From the IMG/VR virus record IMGVR_UViG_3300014208_000053, positions 1-53,414 of that record: a stretch of 53,414 nucleotides of DNA, one strand, 5' to 3'. This document shows positions 47,834-53,414 of the stretch, in pieces. The DNA is from a virus. Its lineage: Duplodnaviria > Caudoviricetes. Both the position numbers and the translations under genes were made by a program. Positions within the stretch are counted from its first letter, which is position 1. Each line of letters opens with the position of its first letter. A model generated the notes under the pieces. That model saw nothing but the letters and a program-made list of their open reading frames with translations, did not search any database and was not told where the DNA came from.

Positions 47834-48760
47834 ATGCCTCACGACGTCACCCACCGCATGATCGAACCCTCGGAGTTCTACCGCGCTCAGCTCGCGGCGA
47901 ACAAGGTGGCGGCCTGTCCCGAAGACATCGCCAAGTTCGCGGCAGCCCGGGGCATCCCGATCCACACGGCCAAGCTGGCCAAGCTCTACTTCGAGCAGCT
48001 GGCCCTGGACGGCGTCCGCTATGCCTCGGAAGACGAGCGCGCCGAGGACGCGATCAAGATGGCCACGGCCTACTTCGATCAGGCCGAGGAAGTCGCCAAG
48101 ACCGCCGCGGCCGTCGCGGACCTGGCGCTCACGAAGCTCGCGGCCATCGCCGAAGAGCTGATCAAGACCGAAGGCATCACCGGCGTCACCGTCTCTGAGC
48201 TGCTGAAGATCGCGTCGCTGCAGAACGATTCGAAGCATGAGTTCGAGATGATCGAGGCCACCAAGGCCGCGGGCCTCAAGCTCTCGGCGGCGAAGATCAA
48301 GATCACCGACGCGAAGCTCGCGAACGTCGTGGTCAGCAATATCCCGCGCGAGAACCTCTACGTCGGCGGCGTGGTCACGCCCGAGAGCCTGCGTCCCGAC
48401 GCGGCCCAGATGCTCGCCAAGCACCTCGGCTACGAAGGCGAGAACCCGGCCCAGCTGGTCGGCCAGCAGTTCGGCGTCCCGCACGACGACCCGATGTTCC
48501 GCGAACATCTGCACGGCGTTCTCCAGCACGGATACAACACGCCTGGCTCGACCGTCGAAGGCGCGGCCAAGTCCTACCTGTCGAATGCGCCGAGCCAGGG
48601 AAGCTGGGCTGCGCGCAACTCGAAGTGGCTGCTCCCGACGGGAATCCTCGGCGCCGGTGCGGCCTACCTGCTCTACCGGCACCTGAAGAACAAGGACAAC
48701 GAGAAGCAGCAGCAGCTCATGGCTGCGATGGCCCGCCGGCCGCAGCCCGCCATGGGCTGA
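47834..48760 (+). CDS. K-x-A protein with a C-terminal transmembrane-like segment
   Basis: 308 aa; KVAA, KFAA, KMAT, KTAA, KLAA, KIAS; C-terminal WLLPTGILGAGAAYLLYRHLK. Confidence 0.75.
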   Translation: MPHDVTHRMIEPSEFYRAQLAANKVAACPEDIAKFAAARGIPIHTAKLAKLYFEQLALDGVRYASEDERAEDAIKMATAYFDQAEEVAKTAAAVADLALTKLAAIAEELIKTEGITGVTVSELLKIASLQNDSKHEFEMIEATKAAGLKLSAAKIKITDAKLANVVVSNIPRENLYVGGVVTPESLRPDAAQMLAKHLGYEGENPAQLVGQQFGVPHDDPMFREHLHGVLQHGYNTPGSTVEGAAKSYLSNAPSQGSWAARNSKWLLPTGILGAGAAYLLYRHLKNKDNEKQQQLMAAMARRPQPAMG

Positions 48761-48807
48761 GCCTTTCCACGGCGGTTTTTCGACGTATCCTTGCCCCAGG
48801 ACTACAC

Positions 48808-49107
48808 ATGATCAACGCACGTCAGTCCCTCGATCTCCTGCTCTCCAGCGACAAGCTCGACGGTCTCCTCGCCGCTGCGCGATCCAAGGTCGCCAACATC
48901 GAGAAGAAGAAGCATCCTGCGGGCTGCACCGGCAAGCAGGCTTCAGAGCTGGCTGATCACGTCGAGCAGGTGAAGGAGATGAGCGCGAAGGCCGTGAAGG
49001 AACTTCGCGAAGCCCTGCAGGCGAAGTCCGCGCAGCGCGCTGAGAAGGTCGCCATCGTCCGTCACCTGCTTCACTTCGGCTCGAAGATCCAGCCCACTGC
49101 TGCCTGA
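48808..49107 (+). CDS. Small K-x-A protein
   Basis: Start reassigned to MINARQ after an AGGA SD; 99 aa. Confidence 0.65.
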   Translation: MINARQSLDLLLSSDKLDGLLAAARSKVANIEKKKHPAGCTGKQASELADHVEQVKEMSAKAVKELREALQAKSAQRAEKVAIVRHLLHFGSKIQPTAA

Positions 49108-49109
49108 TC

Positions 49110-49778
49110 ATGAGCCGAACCCACGCGATCTACGCGCACGTCAAGACCGCGGCTGGTGCCAAGGGGCCAGCTGTCAGCCACCACTTCGCTGGCGGCGAGA
49201 ACAAGCGTGCAGCCGCCGCGCTTCAGGACTACGTCAACTCGCAAGTCAAAGCACCGGCGAAAACCGCTGCAGCTGCATCGACCGTGGCGACGGGCTTGCA
49301 GCTTCGCGACGTTCTGGTATCTTCCTCTCTGTACGACGCCGGGAATGACATGCGAACCCTAGCGGGCAAGGTAGCAGCGACCCAGAGTGGCTCCGCTGAG
49401 ATCGACCCCTCGAAGATCGCATCCGCAGTCCTGGCGATCGACCGGCTGACCTCCTTGGTTGGCGACCTGCAGCAAGCACACGATTCCAGTGTGAAGGTTG
49501 CGGCGGCGCTGGCGGGTGCGGTGAAGCTGGCTCAGGATGGCGTGATCGACGTCGAGGACATCTTCGACATCGCTCGCGAGTCGATCGAGCGGGGCTCGGT
49601 CAAGCTCTCCACCATCGACGAGCTGTTCAATGAACAGCCTGGCGAACTGGTGGGAGACGAAGCCCCCGAGGCTGTCAAAGCAGCCACTGGACGCCCGGTT
49701 CCGGGCTTCGGTGATGCGAGCGGCCCGCACGGTTCGACTGACATCCTGACAGCAACTCTTCGTGGCCTCCGCCACTGA
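49110..49778 (+). CDS. Candidate capsid scaffold protein (K-x-A rich)
   Basis: 222 aa, helical, two genes upstream of the major capsid gene. Confidence 0.65.
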   Translation: MSRTHAIYAHVKTAAGAKGPAVSHHFAGGENKRAAAALQDYVNSQVKAPAKTAAAASTVATGLQLRDVLVSSSLYDAGNDMRTLAGKVAATQSGSAEIDPSKIASAVLAIDRLTSLVGDLQQAHDSSVKVAAALAGAVKLAQDGVIDVEDIFDIARESIERGSVKLSTIDELFNEQPGELVGDEAPEAVKAATGRPVPGFGDASGPHGSTDILTATLRGLRH

Positions 49779-49834
49779 GCTGCTGAGGCCCTTCCCCGTT
49801 CGTCCACCCCGTTTCCCCACAAGGAACATCCGTC

Positions 49835-50305
49835 ATGTCAGTCGAACTGCTGACTCCGTTCTCCATGGTGAACCGCCGCACCGCCATCAAGGGTGCCAAC
49901 GATGTCCTCACGGGCCGTTGGATCCAGCTTGATGGTGCCGGCAAGGTCACCGCCTCCGTCGATCCGACGAAGGGCGACAGCTACCTCGCGCTCGAGGGCA
50001 ACCTCCTGCACACCGGTGGCCCCGCCGACTTCTCCGGCGCGGCGTCCACCGTCTTCACCCGTCTCCCGTCCTCGGACGCGGTCGGCGCCCTGGGCATCGC
50101 CTACGGCATCTTCCGCTACCATGTGGGGCCGGAAGGCGTGCTCCAGTCGGATGCGGGTTTCGCCCCCGGCGTTCCCGTCTATCTCGACTCGGCTGGTCGC
50201 CTGATCACGACCGCCGGCTCCGCGCTCAAGGTGGGCGTGGTTGAGTCCGTCGTCGGTTCCACGAACGCGTGGACCGACATCACCATCCGCACCGTCAGCC
50301 AGTAA
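49835..50305 (+). CDS. Candidate capsid cement/decoration protein
   Basis: 156 aa, beta-rich, ends FAPGVPVYLDSAGRLITT....VGVV, directly upstream of the MCP. Confidence 0.6.
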   Translation: MSVELLTPFSMVNRRTAIKGANDVLTGRWIQLDGAGKVTASVDPTKGDSYLALEGNLLHTGGPADFSGAASTVFTRLPSSDAVGALGIAYGIFRYHVGPEGVLQSDAGFAPGVPVYLDSAGRLITTAGSALKVGVVESVVGSTNAWTDITIRTVSQ

Positions 50306-50317
50306 GGAGGCCACGTC

Positions 50318-51253
50318 ATGGAACTCGACCTCTTCAAGGCCGACACCGAAACCTTCATCAAGGAGGTCTCGGGACCGAACCAGGCCAAGGTGGCGGAAGC
50401 CGCCGGTCTGTTCATCGCCCAGAAGCTGCGTGAGCGTTCGTTCGCTCGCCAGATCATCACCCCGCGGGTCGTGACCCGCATGGACCTGCAGGTCGACACC
50501 GACCACGACCAGCTCATCTTCATCGATGAGAAGGAAGTGAACGTCGGCCCGGCCAAGGCCATCAACTTCAAGGCGGAGCCGGACGGCCGGTACGTCACCA
50601 CCCCGCGTTACAAGATCCCGATCTTCGAGATCGCGAGCGACATCTACGCCAAGAAGGAGATCGAACTCCTGGCGTCGACCCAGCCCGTGACCAAGCTGAT
50701 CGAGGAGAACACCGTCCGCGAGATCGAGGAGACCGAGGACAGCTACTTCCTGCAGTACGTCGACGCGGCGGCTGCGGCCAGTGGCAACCTCATCACCTAC
50801 TCGACCGGTGCGGGTGGTGCGCTGACCAAGGGTGCGCTGAAGGCCGGCATGAACCTGATCGACAGCAAGCGCCTCCTGGCTCGCACGGTCCTGCTCAGCA
50901 AGGTGACCTTCAACGACTTCATCACCATGACCTATCAGGACCTCGGTTCTGATCTGCTCAAGGAGGTGACCGTCGAGGGCTACCGCTACTACAACTTCGG
51001 CGGCCTGAAGCTGATCGTCTCGATCAAGGACAACCTCTTCCAGCACCCCACGCTGACCCTCGCCTCCGGCGACAAGGCCCGCATGGTGTACTTCTTCGCC
51101 GAGGAGAAGGCGCTGGGCCGGTTCCTGGTCCTCGATGCCACCAAGTTCGGTCTGCGTCGTGTTTTCACGACCATCGAATGGTTGGGGTGGGAGTTTATTG
51201 GCATGGGCCTGGGCAATACCAATGCCGTCGCTCGTGTCACTCTTTTGGACTGA
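50318..51253 (+). CDS. Major capsid protein (HK97 fold)
   Basis: 311 aa, AAGGAGG SD, strong codon bias, KLRERSFARQII..., IEETEDSYFL, terminal GMGLGNTNAVARV, followed by a terminator. Confidence 0.8.
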   Translation: MELDLFKADTETFIKEVSGPNQAKVAEAAGLFIAQKLRERSFARQIITPRVVTRMDLQVDTDHDQLIFIDEKEVNVGPAKAINFKAEPDGRYVTTPRYKIPIFEIASDIYAKKEIELLASTQPVTKLIEENTVREIEETEDSYFLQYVDAAAAASGNLITYSTGAGGALTKGALKAGMNLIDSKRLLARTVLLSKVTFNDFITMTYQDLGSDLLKEVTVEGYRYYNFGGLKLIVSIKDNLFQHPTLTLASGDKARMVYFFAEEKALGRFLVLDATKFGLRRVFTTIEWLGWEFIGMGLGNTNAVARVTLLD

Positions 51254-51288
51254 ACCTCGCGCAACCGCGTGAGCCACAAGAGCTTAGG

Positions 51289-51319
51289 AACCCGGCCGGT
51301 AACGGCCGGGTTTCTTTTT
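51289..51319 (+). terminator. Rho-independent terminator
   Basis: AACCCGGCCG-GTAA-CGGCCGGGTT followed by TCTTTTT. Confidence 0.9.
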
Positions 51320-51345
51320 GACTTTCTTGATTCGTTGGATATGGT
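51318..51345 (+). promoter_or_regulatory. Sigma70-like promoter for the HNH gene
   Basis: TTGACT-16 nt-TATGGT overlapping the terminator T-tract. Confidence 0.55.
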
Positions 51346-51378
51346 CTAGGTTAGTCACCAAGACCACGAAAGGTCCCC

Positions 51379-52305
51379 ATGATCCTCACCACTGTCCAGA
51401 AGTGGAACGTCCTCGGCCTTTGTCTCAGCTGCGGCGGCGTGCGCGACAACCACACTACTCGCTGCACTAGCTGCAAGACCAAGCACGGAGAACAGAATCG
51501 TCTTCGCCATCGCTCCCTCGCAGCCGAGCGCAAGGAGCAGGGACTGTGCACGCATTGCGGCAAGCCCGTTACAGGGGCTTCCCGTTGCCCGGACTGCGCT
51601 GCTAAGCATGCAGAGTCTAACAAGAAGAGCCAGAAGTCCCGGACGTCCTCGTGGGACAAGGCGGGACTCTGCATCCAGTGCGGCAGCCCCCGCGACAATG
51701 ACACCAAGCGGTGCACGGCCTGCCAGGTCCAGCACAACCTCGAGACCGCCGAAGGCAATAAGGCTCGGCTGGCCCAGCGTGCCGCTGACGGCGTGTGCAC
51801 CGGTTGTGGGGGACCTCGCGATCAGACCCACACGAAGATGTGCACGAAGTGCCTCCGTGAATACGCGTCCCGGAACTACCGCTCGCGGGCTATCGCGAAC
51901 GAGAAGGTCGGCGTCTGCCGCCGGTGCAGCCGCCCTGTCATTTCTACCGAAGCTGGGGTGTGCGCGTACCACTTCGCGTACGCCATCCTTCACAACTTCA
52001 TGGGCGCTGTCCCCTCAACTACCGTGGAGGCCGTTGCGGCCAAGCTCGAAGCCCAGGAGTTCAAGTGTGCTCTGACGGGCGTCCCGCTCGTCCCGGGGAA
52101 GAACGCGAGCCTCGACCATGTCCTCCCGCGCACCAAGTACCCGGAGCTGGCCACCGAGCTGACGAACCTCATCTGGGTCGACCACGCGGTCAACGTCATG
52201 AAGCAGAACATCACGCCCGAGGATCGCATGCTCGACGTCCTGTTCGCCCCTGCCCTCGTGGCCCGCATTCGCGAACTCGCTTCCAAGGTCATTCGTCCCC
52301 AATAA
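51379..52305 (+). CDS. HNH endonuclease with tandem Cys4 zinc-finger repeats
   Basis: Five G(L/V)CxxC...CxxC/H repeats; C-terminal KCALTG...SLDHVLP......NLIWVDHAVNVMK. Confidence 0.85.
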   Translation: MILTTVQKWNVLGLCLSCGGVRDNHTTRCTSCKTKHGEQNRLRHRSLAAERKEQGLCTHCGKPVTGASRCPDCAAKHAESNKKSQKSRTSSWDKAGLCIQCGSPRDNDTKRCTACQVQHNLETAEGNKARLAQRAADGVCTGCGGPRDQTHTKMCTKCLREYASRNYRSRAIANEKVGVCRRCSRPVISTEAGVCAYHFAYAILHNFMGAVPSTTVEAVAAKLEAQEFKCALTGVPLVPGKNASLDHVLPRTKYPELATELTNLIWVDHAVNVMKQNITPEDRMLDVLFAPALVARIRELASKVIRPQ

Positions 52306-52317
52306 ACTCAACGTTCT

Positions 52318-52791
52318 ATGAAAGCCATATTCTGGATCGGCAAGGTCGGCTTCTTCGGCACTCTCGTTCGCCTGTTCAAGCGTGACGGGATCAGCCACTC
52401 CGCCCTCTTGTTCTCCGACGGCTTCTGCGGCACGTCCCAGCCCGGCCGTGGCATCGTCCTCTACAAGCTCGCGCCGTTCAACACCGCTGACTGGTTCATC
52501 ATCGATCTCCCCTGCACACCTGAAGAAGAAGCCCGGGTGCGCTCATTCTTCGAAGTCGATGAGGCCGGCTGCAAGTACGACTGGCGCGGGATCGCCTTCT
52601 GCCAGGTGCTGCGGTGGGGCTGGCACTCGAACACGAGGTGGTTCTGCAGCGAGGCATGCCTCGCGGCCCTGCAGCGGATCTACACAGCACTGCAGGGGCT
52701 GAAGCCTTGGTACGTCGATCCTGCAGACCTCGCGACTGTGCTCGATGAACGCGTCGTCCCTCTCAATCGCACGGCAACACGCGTCGGTTGA
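52318..52791 (+). CDS. Permuted papain-like (NlpC/P60, YiiX/YebB-type) enzyme
   Basis: ISHSALLF (His) ... KYDW ... RWFCSEAC (Cys) in permuted order. Confidence 0.8.
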   Translation: MKAIFWIGKVGFFGTLVRLFKRDGISHSALLFSDGFCGTSQPGRGIVLYKLAPFNTADWFIIDLPCTPEEEARVRSFFEVDEAGCKYDWRGIAFCQVLRWGWHSNTRWFCSEACLAALQRIYTALQGLKPWYVDPADLATVLDERVVPLNRTATRVG

Positions 52792-52911
52792 CCCACTGGC
52801 ATCTTGCTCATATCCTACCTCCTGTTCGGATGCTAAGCTGCTCGAGGCCGCAGCCCGTCCTTCACGGGCTACGGCACGAGCCGTCCGCATCCATTACAGA
52901 GTAGGATTCTC

Positions 52912-53414
<503 letters not shown>

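Overview
This window is a GC-rich, densely coding segment of a large tailed bacteriophage genome, probably with a contractile tail. It is almost entirely virion and late genes. Tail and baseplate module: gp25-like wedge, tail chaperone with a canonical -1 slippery site, tape measure, PKD/Ig and DUF285 adhesin-like proteins, hub and HxH spike. Packaging and head module: terminase, prohead protease, major capsid protein, followed by an HNH nuclease and a permuted papain-like enzyme. Embedded among the tail genes is a self-contained transcription system: a sigma-70-family factor and a compact bacterial-type RNA polymerase with beta and beta' fused in one reading frame. That frame is interrupted by a single amber codon exactly at the conserved GDK lysine. 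Other notable signals: about a dozen head-region proteins dense in a K-x-A motif, often followed by a Gly/Ala-rich hydrophobic segment; TAnnnT boxes 6-7 nt before ATG, implying leaderless mRNAs; and a 358-bp segmented palindrome at the strand switch. No portal, sheath, tube, RNAP alpha subunit, tRNA, rRNA or CRISPR array was recognised. All calls come from by-eye motif recognition; no searches were run.
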